Assembly (NCBI GenBank): GCA_965221955.1
Contig: CBDCTA010000029.1
Location: 416,001-480,000, forward strand
Direction of reading: 5' to 3'
From: Gammaproteobacteria bacterium
GTDB taxonomy: Bacteria > Pseudomonadota > Gammaproteobacteria > UBA4575
Length of the DNA stretch: 64,000 nt
Both the position numbers and the translations under genes were made by a program. Below, in pieces: positions 29,925-40,706 of this stretch (positions are counted from its first letter, which is position 1; each line of letters begins with the position of its first letter). The notes under the pieces are model-generated. The model saw nothing but the letters and a program-made list of their open reading frames with translations, was not told the DNA's origin and did not search any database.

Positions 29925-31553
29925 ATGAAAGAAGTTCTAAATATTTCTTTGGCTCAGCTGAATTTTTTGGTTGGCGATGTAGAAGGTAATGCAGTACAAA
30001 TTATTAATGCTGCTTTGCATGCGCGAGACCAGAATTCGTCCGATATTATTGTATTTTCAGAGTTAGCAATAACGGGATATCCGCTTGAAGACTTATTATT
30101 TCGCTCATCATTGATAGAGCATGTGCAAAGTGCAATTCAAAAAATTCAAAATGAAGTTAATGATATCTATATTTTGTTTGGTGCGCCTGTAAAGAAAGAT
30201 GAAGAACTGTTTAATTCAGCAATCCTAATTTATAACTCAAAAATTATCGCTACTTATCATAAGCATCAATTGCCAAATTATGAGGTATTTGATGAAAAGC
30301 GCTACTTTAGTGCTGGAAGTTCAGCGTGTGTTACAAATATCAAAGGTGTAAATGTCGGAATAACTATATGTGAAGACATATGGTTTGCCGAACCGATACA
30401 AAAAAGCAAACTAGCAGGTGCAGAATTGATTATTAATATCAATGCTAGTCCCTATCAAGTTGATAAAATAAGAAAGCGTATAAAAGTCTTAGAGCAACGT
30501 ATCCAAGAACAAAGCATCCCAATTGTTTATATAAATCAGGTAGGAGGGCAAGACGAACTCGTTTTTGACGGTGAATCATTATGCTTAGATAAAAAAGGAG
30601 AGCTTTGCTTGCAAGCTCCAGCATTTGAAACCGGAATTTTCAATATTCAATACTCCATAGCTGAGCATGACTTGGTAAAAAGTGAATGTATCAATGATAA
30701 TCTAAATAAACACGCTTCCATTTATCAAGCACTAGTTTTGGGTGTTAAGGACTATGTGAAAAAAAATTCTTTTCAAGGAGTTGTGCTAGGTTTATCAGGA
30801 GGGATTGACTCTGCATTAACATTAACTATAGCGGTGGATGCATTAGGAGCTGAAAATGTACACGCAGTGATGATGCCATTTCGCTATACATCGAATATGA
30901 GCATAGAAGATGCACGTAAACTGGCTTCTGCGATGAATGTCCAGCTAGATGAAATCCCAATCGAACAATCTTTTAATGCATTAAATAACAGCCTTGATCC
31001 TATTTTTAAAGATTTGCCTGCTGGTGTTACAGAAGAGAATATTCAATCGCGAATTCGTGGTGTATTACTTATGGCAATATCAAACAAATTGGGCAATATG
31101 TTGCTGACAACAGGTAATAAAAGTGAAATGTCTGTGGGTTATGCGACACTTTATGGTGATATGGCAGGTGGCTTCGCGCCATTAAAAGATGTTTCTAAAA
31201 CTTTGGTGTATGAACTCGCTAATTACAGGAACAGCATTAGTGATGTTATTCCCGAGCGTATCATTACTCGTGAGCCATCCGCAGAACTTGCGCCAGATCA
31301 GGTGGATCAAGACAGCTTACCTCCCTATGAAATACTCGATCCCATTCTTGAAAAATTTGTTGAGCAAGATTATACGTTTGCTGAAATTGTAGCGGATGGG
31401 TATGAAGAACAAGTGGTACGGAAAGTAATTAGCATGGTGTTGCGTAATGAATATAAAAGGCGACAAGCACCACCAGGTGTGAAAATAACTTCGCGAGCTT
31501 ACGGTAAAGATCGACGCTACCCTATAACATCAGGTTTTTTAAAGAATATTTAA
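29925..31553 (+). CDS. nadE: Glutamine-dependent NAD+ synthetase
   Basis: N-terminal nitrilase domain (ELAITGY, ICEDIW), GLSGGIDS, ENIQSRIRG, TGNKSE, EYKRRQAPPG. Confidence 0.96.
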   Translation: MKEVLNISLAQLNFLVGDVEGNAVQIINAALHARDQNSSDIIVFSELAITGYPLEDLLFRSSLIEHVQSAIQKIQNEVNDIYILFGAPVKKDEELFNSAILIYNSKIIATYHKHQLPNYEVFDEKRYFSAGSSACVTNIKGVNVGITICEDIWFAEPIQKSKLAGAELIININASPYQVDKIRKRIKVLEQRIQEQSIPIVYINQVGGQDELVFDGESLCLDKKGELCLQAPAFETGIFNIQYSIAEHDLVKSECINDNLNKHASIYQALVLGVKDYVKKNSFQGVVLGLSGGIDSALTLTIAVDALGAENVHAVMMPFRYTSNMSIEDARKLASAMNVQLDEIPIEQSFNALNNSLDPIFKDLPAGVTEENIQSRIRGVLLMAISNKLGNMLLTTGNKSEMSVGYATLYGDMAGGFAPLKDVSKTLVYELANYRNSISDVIPERIITREPSAELAPDQVDQDSLPPYEILDPILEKFVEQDYTFAEIVADGYEEQVVRKVISMVLRNEYKRRQAPPGVKITSRAYGKDRRYPITSGFLKNI

Positions 31554-31554
31554 C

Positions 31555-32457
31555 TTAGTTACAGTAATAGGTTCGGAGTTTTAGTTTTTCTAACATTTTC
31601 GCCCATAAACTATTTGCACAACTAAGACCTTCTCGTGCAAATTTTTCATCTATTACGCCACCTTTACCCGTTTGGTAATTTTGCGCGTAAATACGATGTG
31701 TATCATCTGCAAGGTCCTCAATACCAAGTGCTATATAGGCCTGTTCTAATATATATACAGCTTCAGGCATGACTTCGGCACCTTGATAGTTTTCCATAAT
31801 GTATTTAGCGCGGTTGGCCGAGGCAACATAAGCCCCACGCTTCATATAAAATTTTGCAACTTTAAGTTCATATTCAGCGAGTTCATTGCGCAAGTAGATC
31901 ATGCGCAGTTTCGCATCATCTGCATACTTGCTATCAGGATACTTATCAATCAGTGTTCCAAAAATTTCAAAGGCTTCATGCAGTGATGTGGGGTCGTTAT
32001 TAGAAGGGTCGCGTTTAATTACATAATGTATTAAATTTTTTCCTCTATCAAAAGTGATGAGCCCTTTCATATAATAGGCATAGTCAATACTTGGGTGCTG
32101 AGGGTTTAATTGTATAAAACGATTGACCGTGTTTAATGCTTGTTCAATATTATTTTGTTTATAGTAAGCAAAGGTGAGTTCAAGTAAGCCTTGTTGCGCA
32201 TAGCGTCCAAATGGGTAGCGGCTTTGCAATTGTTCGAATTGATCTACCGCAGTAGTGAAATCTGCAGAAACGAGTGATTGATGGGCTTTTTTATATAATT
32301 TTGCGGCTGATTCATCGGCTGCAATTTCAGGATCTTTCTCTTCATCATCTTTCCCGAACGGCCATAAAGACGAGCAGCTACTGATTGATACAGCAAGCAC
32401 TAATATTAATAAAATCTGCCAAATGGATCTTTTTGAGTGAAATGTATAGTCTTCCAT
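31555..32457 (-). CDS. bamD: Outer membrane protein assembly factor BamD
   Basis: Lipobox ISSC, SRYPFGRYAQQ, FIQLNPQHPSIDYAYY, YPDSKYADDA; divergent from rluD. Confidence 0.93.
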   Translation of the reverse strand: MEDYTFHSKRSIWQILLILVLAVSISSCSSLWPFGKDDEEKDPEIAADESAAKLYKKAHQSLVSADFTTAVDQFEQLQSRYPFGRYAQQGLLELTFAYYKQNNIEQALNTVNRFIQLNPQHPSIDYAYYMKGLITFDRGKNLIHYVIKRDPSNNDPTSLHEAFEIFGTLIDKYPDSKYADDAKLRMIYLRNELAEYELKVAKFYMKRGAYVASANRAKYIMENYQGAEVMPEAVYILEQAYIALGIEDLADDTHRIYAQNYQTGKGGVIDEKFAREGLSCANSLWAKMLEKLKLRTYYCN

Positions 32458-32522
32458 ATGATTGAAAGTATAACCATTTTTGTTGTGAATCCGAACAAAA
32501 AATACTCCTTAGCAAATTAAAT

Positions 32523-33473
32523 ATGGGTGAGAGAGAGAAAATAATTGGGGTGATACCTGATGAATACCAAGGGTTACGATTGGACTATGCTCTGGCGAAA
32601 ATGTATCCAGATTACTCACGTGCACGTCTGCAAAAGTGGATTAAATCAGGTGAAATAACAGTAGATGGAAACATTTCCCGTTCTAAAGACGCTATCAAGG
32701 GAGGAGAGAAAATACAGATAGCGGTCATTCTAGATGATGAAGTATTGCTCGAACCCGAAGCCATCGCACTAAATATTATTCACGAAGATAACAACATCAT
32801 TGTTGTGAATAAGCCTGCGGGTTTGGTGGTTCACCCAGGTGCTGGAAATTCGAATGGCACCTTAGCCAATGCCTTATTACACCATTTCCCAGAAATTCGC
32901 ACAGTGCCTAGAGTGGGCATTGTCCATCGACTTGATAAAGATACTACTGGTTTATTAGTGGTCGCTAAAAATATTAAAACGCACACTGCTTTAGTCGAAC
33001 AACTGCAGCAACGTACTGTTTCTCGAAATTATATTGCGCTTGTTCATGGTGAAATCATTTCAGGTGGAACGTTTGTTGATCCAATAGGCCGGCATTCAGT
33101 GGATCGAAAAAAGATGGCAGTGAAACCTACGATAGGAAGAGAAGCGATCACGCATTATCGAATCAGAAAAAAGTTTAAGGGCTTTACCTTATTAGATGTA
33201 AGTTTAGAAACGGGAAGAACGCATCAAATACGCGTACACATGTCTTACCATAAACATCCAATTGTAGGTGATAAAGTATATGGTCGAAAAATGAATCCTG
33301 GGAATAGAGCGATGCTCAATTTGCTTGCAAAATTTCCACGACAAGCCTTACATGCGGCTGAGTTATCTTTTATTCATCCTAAAACTAACGAACAAGTTTT
33401 ATTTAAAGCGTCAGTCCCTAATGATTTTCAAACATTGATTGATGCACTAGAGGGTGAAGATCGTGAAACTTGA
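32523..33473 (+). CDS. rluD: 23S rRNA pseudouridine synthase RluD
   Basis: S4 domain, NKPAGLVVHPGAG, HRLDKDTTG, LETGRTHQIRVH, RQALHA. Confidence 0.96.
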   Translation: MGEREKIIGVIPDEYQGLRLDYALAKMYPDYSRARLQKWIKSGEITVDGNISRSKDAIKGGEKIQIAVILDDEVLLEPEAIALNIIHEDNNIIVVNKPAGLVVHPGAGNSNGTLANALLHHFPEIRTVPRVGIVHRLDKDTTGLLVVAKNIKTHTALVEQLQQRTVSRNYIALVHGEIISGGTFVDPIGRHSVDRKKMAVKPTIGREAITHYRIRKKFKGFTLLDVSLETGRTHQIRVHMSYHKHPIVGDKVYGRKMNPGNRAMLNLLAKFPRQALHAAELSFIHPKTNEQVLFKASVPNDFQTLIDALEGEDRET

Positions 33474-34200
33474 ATATATTGTTCCTGATTGGCCTGCCCC
33501 AAAAAATATAATGTGTGCAACCACTACGCGTGTAGGGGGTGGAAGTCAAAATGAATATTCATCTTTAAATTTAGGTGATCATGTAAAAGATGACCTCATT
33601 AAGGTTAAGCAAAATCGAAAATTGTTGTTGGAAGATCTCAAGCTTCCAAATAATCCTGTTTGGTTAGAGCAAATACATAGTTCAATTGTGCTGGAGCTGG
33701 ATAATATGTTGCTAAGCAGCAATATAGCGGACGCAGCTTATACTAAGCATAAAAGGGTTGTTTGTGCTGTATTGACAGCAGATTGTTTGCCTGTCGTATT
33801 GTGTGATCGAAAAGGTGAGCACATTGCTGTAGCTCACTGTGGTTGGCGTGGATTAATTGCTGGTGTGCTCGAAAATACTTTACAAGCATTGCCAGTTGAA
33901 AATGAAAGGCTCATGTGTTGGTTAGGTCCTGCAATTGGTCCAAATAAATTCGAAGTAGGAAAAGAAGTTGTTGAGCAGTTTTTGACTAAAGATAATGCGC
34001 ATAATAATGCGTTTAAAGCACAAGAAGATGGAAAATATTTAGCTAATATTTATCAATTAGCTAAAAACATCCTTATTAAAAATAATGTCTCAAAAATCTA
34101 TGGTGGTGAACACTGTACATTTAGTGAAAGCGAAAAGTTTTATTCCTATCGAAGAGATGGGCAGACAGGGAGAATGGCAACAGTCATCTGGAAAACTTAA
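33454..34200 (+). CDS. pgeF: Peptidoglycan editing factor / purine nucleoside phosphorylase (YfiH)
   Basis: PDWPAP, LNLGDHV, WLEQIHS, LTADCLPV, HCGWRG, FYSYRRDGQTGRM. Confidence 0.93.
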   Translation: MKIVKLEYIVPDWPAPKNIMCATTTRVGGGSQNEYSSLNLGDHVKDDLIKVKQNRKLLLEDLKLPNNPVWLEQIHSSIVLELDNMLLSSNIADAAYTKHKRVVCAVLTADCLPVVLCDRKGEHIAVAHCGWRGLIAGVLENTLQALPVENERLMCWLGPAIGPNKFEVGKEVVEQFLTKDNAHNNAFKAQEDGKYLANIYQLAKNILIKNNVSKIYGGEHCTFSESEKFYSYRRDGQTGRMATVIWKT

Positions 34201-34351
34201 AGAGCGCATAGACACATATAATAAGACTTTCAGAGAGGGCAGTGCATTTCTGATTCGTAATTTTCTAGCTACAAAATGATCTATGAGCCTATGCCATTGT
34301 AGAATTTTATCATCTGCCGATGAATAATATCTAAGATTTGACCCCTCAGGC

Positions 34352-34377
34352 CTTGAAATAGCAAGTGCTGCCCCCAC
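34352..34377 (+). promoter_or_regulatory. Sigma32 (RpoH) heat-shock promoter of clpB
   Basis: CTTGAAA-N13-CCCCAC, close to the CTTGAAA-N13/14-CCCCAT consensus, 36 bp upstream of clpB. Confidence 0.75.
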
Positions 34378-34413
34378 CTCAAGGGCATAACTTATTAATA
34401 CGGAGTTGCCATT

Positions 34414-36996
34414 ATGCGCATGGATAAATTAACCACCAATTTCCAGCTTGCATTGCAAGAAGCGCAATCTATGGCGGTAGGGCAGGATCATCAATTCATC
34501 GAGCCTGTTCATTTGATGTTGGCCATGTTGAATCAAGAAAATAGTGCTGTGGCTTCTCTTTATTTGAGTGCAGGTGCGGATGTAAACGCGATTAAACAAA
34601 AATCACAGGAAATGATCGAACGCTTACCACGAGTTTCAGGTACAGCAGGTGAGGTACATGTCTCCAATAGTCTTGGTAACTTATTAAATATAACAGACAA
34701 ACTAGCACAGCAAAGTGGTGATGATTATATCGCTTCTGAAATGTTTGCAGTTGCTGCCATTGAAGATAAAGGTGAACTTGGTAGTTTGCTGAATCAGTCT
34801 GGTTTAAATAAACCGCAGTTAATGTCGGCACTGGAAAAAATGAGAGCAGGTGAAAATGTGAGTGATCCAAACGCAGAAGAAACGCGGCAAGCGTTAGATA
34901 AATATACGATAGATTTAACGGAACGTGCGGAACAAGGCAAACTTGATCCAGTCATTGGTCGTGATGATGAGATTCGCCGTGCAATTCAAGTATTGCAGCG
35001 TCGCACAAAAAATAATCCAGTGCTGATAGGTGAACCAGGGGTAGGTAAAACAGCGATTGTAGAAGGTTTAGCGTTGCGCATTGTAAATGGTGAAGTGCCT
35101 GAAGGAATAAAAAACAAAAAATTATTATCGCTAGATTTAAGTGCACTTATTGCTGGAGCAAAATTTCGCGGTGAATTTGAAGAACGACTTAAAGCAGTTT
35201 TAAAAGAACTTTCTAAGCAGGAAGGTCAAATCATTTTATTTATTGATGAGCTACATACCATGGTAGGTGCAGGTAAAGCTGAAGGCGCAATGGATGCAGG
35301 TAACATGTTGAAACCTGCGCTAGCACGTGGTGAGTTACATTGTTTGGGAGCAACGACTCTAGATGAGTATCGACAATATATTGAAAAAGATGCGGCACTT
35401 GAGCGCCGTTTTCAGAAGATTATAGTGGATGAACCCAGTGTAGAAGACACCATTGCGATATTACGTGGACTAAAAGAACGTTACGAGGTGCATCATGGTG
35501 TAGATATAACGGACCCGGCTATTGTAAGTGCAGCAACACTTTCCCACCGCTATATTTCAGATCGACAATTACCAGATAAAGCCATAGACCTGATTGATGA
35601 GGCAGCTTCTCGTATTCGTATGGAAATTGATTCGAAGCCGGAAGCTATGGATAAACTTGACCGTAAGCTTATTCAACTAAAAATTGAACGAGAAGCATTA
35701 AAGAAAGAATCAGATGATGCGTCTAAAAAACATTTAGATGAACTAGAAACTGAGATTCAAAACCTTGAAAGGGAATATGCCGATTTAGAAGAAATTTGGC
35801 GCGCGGAAAAAAATACTTTGCAAGGTTCGCAGGAAGTAAAAGAGGCGCTCGAGCAAGCACGAATTGATTTAGATGCAGCACACCGTGCGGGGGATTTAGC
35901 TAAAATGTCTGAATTGCAATATGGAAAGATTCCGGAATTAGAAAAGCAATTACAGTCTACTAGTGAAGTCAAAAGCTCTGAAAACAAGCTGCTTAGAAAT
36001 AAAGTAACTGATTCCGAAGTAGCTGAAATTGTTTCGCATTGGACGGGTATTCCCGTATCTAAAATGCTTGCTGGTGAACGCGAAAAATTATTGGAAATGG
36101 AATCTGTACTACGTAAGCGAGTAGTAGGGCAAGATGAAGCGGTACAAGTTGTATCAGATGCGGTACGCCGGTCACGTGCTGGAATATCTGATCCAAGACG
36201 ACCGAATGGTTCTTTCTTATTTCTTGGGCCTACAGGTGTGGGTAAAACCGAACTTACTAAAGCATTAACTGAATTTTTATTTGATAGTGAAGATGCACTC
36301 ATACGTGTGGATATGTCTGAGTTTATGGAAAAGCATTCTGTTGCACGGTTAATCGGTGCACCTCCAGGTTATGTGGGTTATGAAGAGGGCGGGTACTTAA
36401 CTGAGGCCGTAAGACGTAAACCATATAGTGTTGTGTTGCTAGACGAAATTGAAAAAGCACATCCAGACGTTTTTAATATTTTGTTGCAAGTATTAGACGA
36501 TGGACGACTCACGGATGGGCATGGTCGTACGGTAGACTTTAAAAATACTGTCGTCATTATGACTTCAAATTTAGGAAGCGATGTCATCCAGGAATTATCT
36601 TCTGAAGCAGAATATGAAAAAATGAAATCTGCAGTGATGGAAGTTGTAGCAGCTAGATTTAGACCAGAATTTATCAATCGGATTGATGATGCAATTGTAT
36701 TCCACCCGCTTGCACAAGAGCATATTCGAGCTATAACCGAAATTCAGTTGCATCAATTACAAAAGAGATTAAGTGATCGTGATATCACATTATCATTCTC
36801 AGATGCAGCTTTAGATAAGTTATCTGAGGCAGGGTTTGATCCGGTCTATGGTGCACGACCACTTAAACGAGCGATTCAAGAGCTTGTTGAAAATCCCTTG
36901 GCCCAAGCATTGTTATCGGGTGATATTAAAACAGGTGAAGAAATTAGTGTGGACATTAGTAGAGATAACTTCACTTTCACATCGAAAACTTCTTAA
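34414..36996 (+). CDS. clpB: ATP-dependent chaperone ClpB
   Basis: Two AAA+ modules ([16 protein letters not shown]), coiled-coil middle domain, GARPLKR. Confidence 0.98.
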   Translation: MRMDKLTTNFQLALQEAQSMAVGQDHQFIEPVHLMLAMLNQENSAVASLYLSAGADVNAIKQKSQEMIERLPRVSGTAGEVHVSNSLGNLLNITDKLAQQSGDDYIASEMFAVAAIEDKGELGSLLNQSGLNKPQLMSALEKMRAGENVSDPNAEETRQALDKYTIDLTERAEQGKLDPVIGRDDEIRRAIQVLQRRTKNNPVLIGEPGVGKTAIVEGLALRIVNGEVPEGIKNKKLLSLDLSALIAGAKFRGEFEERLKAVLKELSKQEGQIILFIDELHTMVGAGKAEGAMDAGNMLKPALARGELHCLGATTLDEYRQYIEKDAALERRFQKIIVDEPSVEDTIAILRGLKERYEVHHGVDITDPAIVSAATLSHRYISDRQLPDKAIDLIDEAASRIRMEIDSKPEAMDKLDRKLIQLKIEREALKKESDDASKKHLDELETEIQNLEREYADLEEIWRAEKNTLQGSQEVKEALEQARIDLDAAHRAGDLAKMSELQYGKIPELEKQLQSTSEVKSSENKLLRNKVTDSEVAEIVSHWTGIPVSKMLAGEREKLLEMESVLRKRVVGQDEAVQVVSDAVRRSRAGISDPRRPNGSFLFLGPTGVGKTELTKALTEFLFDSEDALIRVDMSEFMEKHSVARLIGAPPGYVGYEEGGYLTEAVRRKPYSVVLLDEIEKAHPDVFNILLQVLDDGRLTDGHGRTVDFKNTVVIMTSNLGSDVIQELSSEAEYEKMKSAVMEVVAARFRPEFINRIDDAIVFHPLAQEHIRAITEIQLHQLQKRLSDRDITLSFSDAALDKLSEAGFDPVYGARPLKRAIQELVENPLAQALLSGDIKTGEEISVDISRDNFTFTSKTS

Positions 36997-37004
36997 AACT
37001 TAAC

Positions 37005-37031
37005 ATAGGAGCAACCTTATGTTGCTCCTAT
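37005..37031. terminator. Hairpin between convergent clpB and the repeat-protein gene
   Basis: ATAGGAGCAAC-CTTAT-GTTGCTCCTAT, perfect 11-bp stem. Confidence 0.65.
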
Positions 37032-37048
37032 ACACCACATTGCCAGTA

Positions 37049-37507
37049 TTAATGATGTCGATTAAAACGTTGACCTTTACGATCTAGACGACGATCAATA
37101 CGGTCACCTTTACGATCTAATCTACGATCGACTCGATCACCTTTGCGATCAAGACGGCGATCTGCTATATCTCCTTTTCGATCGAGTCGACGATCAATAC
37201 GATCTCCTTTGCGATCTAAATGATCAGCAAGTCCGTCTTTACCCGCAGCGCGAGCGCGATCCGCTTTTCGATCAAGTCGATGGTCAATACGGTCACCCTT
37301 GCGATCTAATCTGTGATCAATACGATCACCCTTGCGATCTAGTCTATAATCTACTCTGTCTCCTTTACGATCCAAGCGGTGCTCAATGCGATCACCTTTA
37401 CGATCAAGATAATGTTCAACTTTATCTCCTTTGTCTGCACTCGCGATAGAGGCTCCACTAAGCGATAAAATTGCCATGATAAAAATTGTTAATTTTTTTG
37501 TTTTCAT
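37049..37507 (-). CDS. Secreted/periplasmic protein built of 11-residue GDRIDxRLDRK repeats
   Basis: Signal peptide MKTKKLTIFIMAILSLSGASIASA, then about 10 hendecad repeats; GGAG RBS before the ATG at 37507. Confidence 0.8.
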   Translation of the reverse strand: MKTKKLTIFIMAILSLSGASIASADKGDKVEHYLDRKGDRIEHRLDRKGDRVDYRLDRKGDRIDHRLDRKGDRIDHRLDRKADRARAAGKDGLADHLDRKGDRIDRRLDRKGDIADRRLDRKGDRVDRRLDRKGDRIDRRLDRKGQRFNRHH

Positions 37508-37630
37508 GATCTTTTCTCCAGTTGCATGATTCACAATCAATACAACGTATAACCAAAGATTTGGTTTACAATTGTTAAGCCGTTTTAAGATGGTTTTAGA
37601 GAAAAAATACTATTTTCACAGAAAATTTAG

Positions 37631-38476
37631 TCACTTACTTTCGATTTTCGATGACTTTCCAAGTAACTTATCAAGCATATTGATGGGAAGAAATCTCTTT
37701 AAGTATGCAAATAAATAAGTAGGAATTGTTACAAAATATCTAGGTTTCGGATTTTTGCTTTGTAGTGCGTGTAAAACTTTTTTTGTTACGGCTTCTGGTT
37801 CTAAGGTAAAGGGGACTGCAGGGCCTTCGGTTTTGAGACGAGAAATGGTAGCCTGGTATTGGTCATGAAAACGGCTTTTTTTACTATCAATATGTTTATT
37901 AAAAAGCACTAAACTATTTTGTCGGAAACGACTGGTAATAGGACCAGGTTCAATTATTGATACATGAATATTGGTGTTTTTTAGTTCCAATCGTAATGTA
38001 TCGCTGATACCTTCTAAGGCAAATTTTGAAGCGATGTATGCGCCACGAAATGGCATGGCTACAAGCCCTAATACTGAGCTAATTTGAATAATTCTCCCAT
38101 GTCCATGTTGATGCATGCTGGGAAGAATGGCGTTGGTGAGTTCAACTAATCCAAATAAATTAGTTTCAAACTGGTCTCGTAATACACCTCGTTTTAAGTC
38201 TTCAACTGCCCCAGGTTGTCCAAAGCCTGCATTATTGATGATTGCATAAAGTTTTCCATCTGTTTCTTCTAATAATGTATTAACTGCAGATTGAATTGAG
38301 TCGGAACAAGCGACGTCCAAATGTAAACATCGCAAGCCTATCTGAGTTAGTTTTTCAACATCCTCAGTTTTTCTTGCGGATGCATAAACTTGGTAACCAC
38401 ATTCTTTTAACGATTGTGCGAGATGTAACCCAATACCAGAAGAGCAACCAGTGATTAAAATGTTTTTATCTGCCAT
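37631..38476 (-). CDS. Short-chain dehydrogenase/reductase (YbbO-like)
   Basis: ITGCSSGIG, INNAGFG, YIASK (YxxxK), IEPGPI. Confidence 0.92.
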   Translation of the reverse strand: MADKNILITGCSSGIGLHLAQSLKECGYQVYASARKTEDVEKLTQIGLRCLHLDVACSDSIQSAVNTLLEETDGKLYAIINNAGFGQPGAVEDLKRGVLRDQFETNLFGLVELTNAILPSMHQHGHGRIIQISSVLGLVAMPFRGAYIASKFALEGISDTLRLELKNTNIHVSIIEPGPITSRFRQNSLVLFNKHIDSKKSRFHDQYQATISRLKTEGPAVPFTLEPEAVTKKVLHALQSKNPKPRYFVTIPTYLFAYLKRFLPINMLDKLLGKSSKIESK

Positions 38477-38526
38477 CTTAAAATGTAAACATAAAAGTTA
38501 TAGGCCTATTATTAATGGTTAGGCAT

Positions 38527-38559
38527 AAAAAAACCGGGCTTCTTTCGAAGCCCGGTTTT
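38527..38559 (-). terminator. Intrinsic terminator after the substrate-binding protein gene
   Basis: AAAAAAACCGGGCTTC-TTTC-GAAGCCCGGTTTT. Confidence 0.88.
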
Positions 38560-38587
38560 AATAACGTTAATGCGTAATGACTAAATC

Positions 38588-39937
38588 TTACAAGTCAAAG
38601 TCATCATCATTATTGTCAGCGGTGCAAGGACGTGCTGCGATTTTGTTATCCGTTGCATACTGCTCTGCACCTGCATCGATGATCGCTTGTGATAGAGGTA
38701 CATCGCCCTCAATCCAATCCGATACGATGTTCCACTGACGCTTGCCTGCATCCCATTGTTGGAATTTCGCAAGGTGACCGCCTACGTGGTCAAGGCAAGT
38801 AAGGTTCAACTCAGGTACAAGCCCAGTTGCTCCTAGCTCTTCAATGCGCGCTGCATCAAGACGTAGGTTCTCAAAGCCCCAACGTGCTTCAGCAGAGGTC
38901 AATGGACGGTTGCCAAAACGAGCTTGAGCAATACGGAGTGCTTCTGTATGCACCACACCCGCTAATACACCTAGGTTCCAGTACACAGAGCCTAAACGTG
39001 ACTTGTCTTGTAAGTCGCCGTTGCCTGCACCGTATACGGTCTTGATGATTTCTTGTACCACTGCGAAGTCGGTACCTGCAGGGTGGGTGGTAATGGCTTG
39101 GTAGCCATCTGCCGCTTTACCCGCTGGGATGACGTCTTCGTCTGAGTTGGACCAGATGTTGCCGATGAGACGGCTTACTGGGTATCCGGTACGTACTGCG
39201 GTCTGCATCGCTACGGGGTTCATTACGCCCCAGCCTCTTAGTAGTACATAGTCAGGCTTTAATTTACGAATGTTCAACCATTGTGATTGTTGTTCGTTAC
39301 CTGGATGAGGGACTTCTAGAGGGTGGTGGGTGCAACCGTGCTTTTCACACATGCTGTCCATGAAGTCGATCGCTTCACGACCGTATGGAGAGCCGTGGTA
39401 TAACATGGCAATTTTCTTGCCTTTTAGGTTGTCACGTCCGCCTTCGAGTACGTCACCAATGAAGTGCACCATAATGGAGTGTTCGTCATAGGTGTTGATA
39501 CCTGGCATAAAGTAGTAAGGGAAGATGTCGCCGCGTTGGCCCGCTGTCTTACCGTGGTTGACCGCAATGATGGGCATCTTGTCTTTACGACCAGTCTCAA
39601 TCAATGCTGTGGAGATCCCTACTGATAATGGGTCAAAAAATACTGCACCACCTTCACGATCTTTTAGTCGCTTGTAGCACTCTACTCCGCGCTCTACTGA
39701 GTACTCAGTTTCGCACTCTGACCAGATGAGCTTCACGCCATTGACGCCGCCATCTCTTTCGTTCAATAGGTTGTAGTAGTCTAGGATGCCACCAAAGTAG
39801 CCCGTTCCACCCGCCGCATATGGTCCTACACGGTAGCTCGGAATCGGTACGTACATGGTGTCTTCTGCTTGTACCGCGGTACTCACAGCTAGCATCGATC
39901 CTAATGCTACCACTAACGTTAGTAGTTTTTTCTTCAT
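38588..39937 (-). CDS. ABC transporter substrate-binding protein, branched-chain amino acid (HAAT/Liv)-type fold
   Basis: Signal peptide MKKKLL..AVQA after an AGGAGG RBS; YRVGPYA, NERDGGVNGVKL, ECETEY, GNEQQSQWL, GWGVMN. Confidence 0.85.
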   Translation of the reverse strand: MKKKLLTLVVALGSMLAVSTAVQAEDTMYVPIPSYRVGPYAAGGTGYFGGILDYYNLLNERDGGVNGVKLIWSECETEYSVERGVECYKRLKDREGGAVFFDPLSVGISTALIETGRKDKMPIIAVNHGKTAGQRGDIFPYYFMPGINTYDEHSIMVHFIGDVLEGGRDNLKGKKIAMLYHGSPYGREAIDFMDSMCEKHGCTHHPLEVPHPGNEQQSQWLNIRKLKPDYVLLRGWGVMNPVAMQTAVRTGYPVSRLIGNIWSNSDEDVIPAGKAADGYQAITTHPAGTDFAVVQEIIKTVYGAGNGDLQDKSRLGSVYWNLGVLAGVVHTEALRIAQARFGNRPLTSAEARWGFENLRLDAARIEELGATGLVPELNLTCLDHVGGHLAKFQQWDAGKRQWNIVSDWIEGDVPLSQAIIDAGAEQYATDNKIAARPCTADNNDDDFDL

Positions 39938-40304
39938 GTGTACTCCTCCTATCCTTAAGTACATGGGTCAAATAAATAACCACAAGTCTTAAAACAAGGG
40001 TTGATTTTGAATCGTGAAATGTCTTTTCACGTCTTGTAAAAAATAACTTGTAGCAGTTATTTTCTTTAGACCACATAAGCTAATAGAAGTTTTAGCCATA
40101 TATGCCTTGGATCAGTGTAGCCATTGCGTGATGGAATGCAAGGCTAATGTGTTTAATTAAGAAGCTCTTAAAACAGAAGATAAGTATATTTTAAAATACT
40201 AAAACAAGAGTATTACCCATATAAAAATACGGTTAGCTATGTTTACTTATAAATTACTTTAGTTATTTCCAGTAGAGAAAGTTGCGCGTTATGAATTTGA
40301 CGTT

Positions 40305-40625
40305 TCAAGGAATACAACGATAAACCGCAAAGGTTTGTTGACCGTTATCAATTTTAGAGATTGCAGTAACGGTATCACCACCCATATTTACCGAGCTATT
40401 GCGGGCTAAAATTTGTAGTTCTTTGGCAATTACTGTTGGCTGTCGAGGCACGGTTAAAAGTGTGGGTTTAACTTTAACAGTAGTTGCACCACGCTTTTGG
40501 CAGTTAGCGACTTCACCCGCACTTAACACACGTGCTTTTTCGCCACCATGCGTGAGTTTTACACTAGCGCATGCACTAAGGGTGAAAATAATAATAAAAG
40601 ATAAAACAAAAAGTTTATTAAACAT
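40305..40625 (-). CDS. DUF4156-like small lipoprotein
   Basis: Lipobox LSAC, ARNSSVNMGGDTV, C-terminal YRC. Confidence 0.7.
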   Translation of the reverse strand: MFNKLFVLSFIIIFTLSACASVKLTHGGEKARVLSAGEVANCQKRGATTVKVKPTLLTVPRQPTVIAKELQILARNSSVNMGGDTVTAISKIDNGQQTFAVYRCIP

Positions 40626-40706
40626 ACGGAAACCTAAAATGTGAATGTTTTAAATTATACCTGCTATTCGAAAATTCGCAGCATGACTTTAGGATAGTAA
40701 AAACGA

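Noticed and set aside
37060-37430. 33-bp periodic DNA repeats that could be mistaken for a CRISPR array or VNTR
   Set aside because: No unique spacers, variation falls at synonymous positions, and the period equals the 11-aa protein repeat; no cas genes
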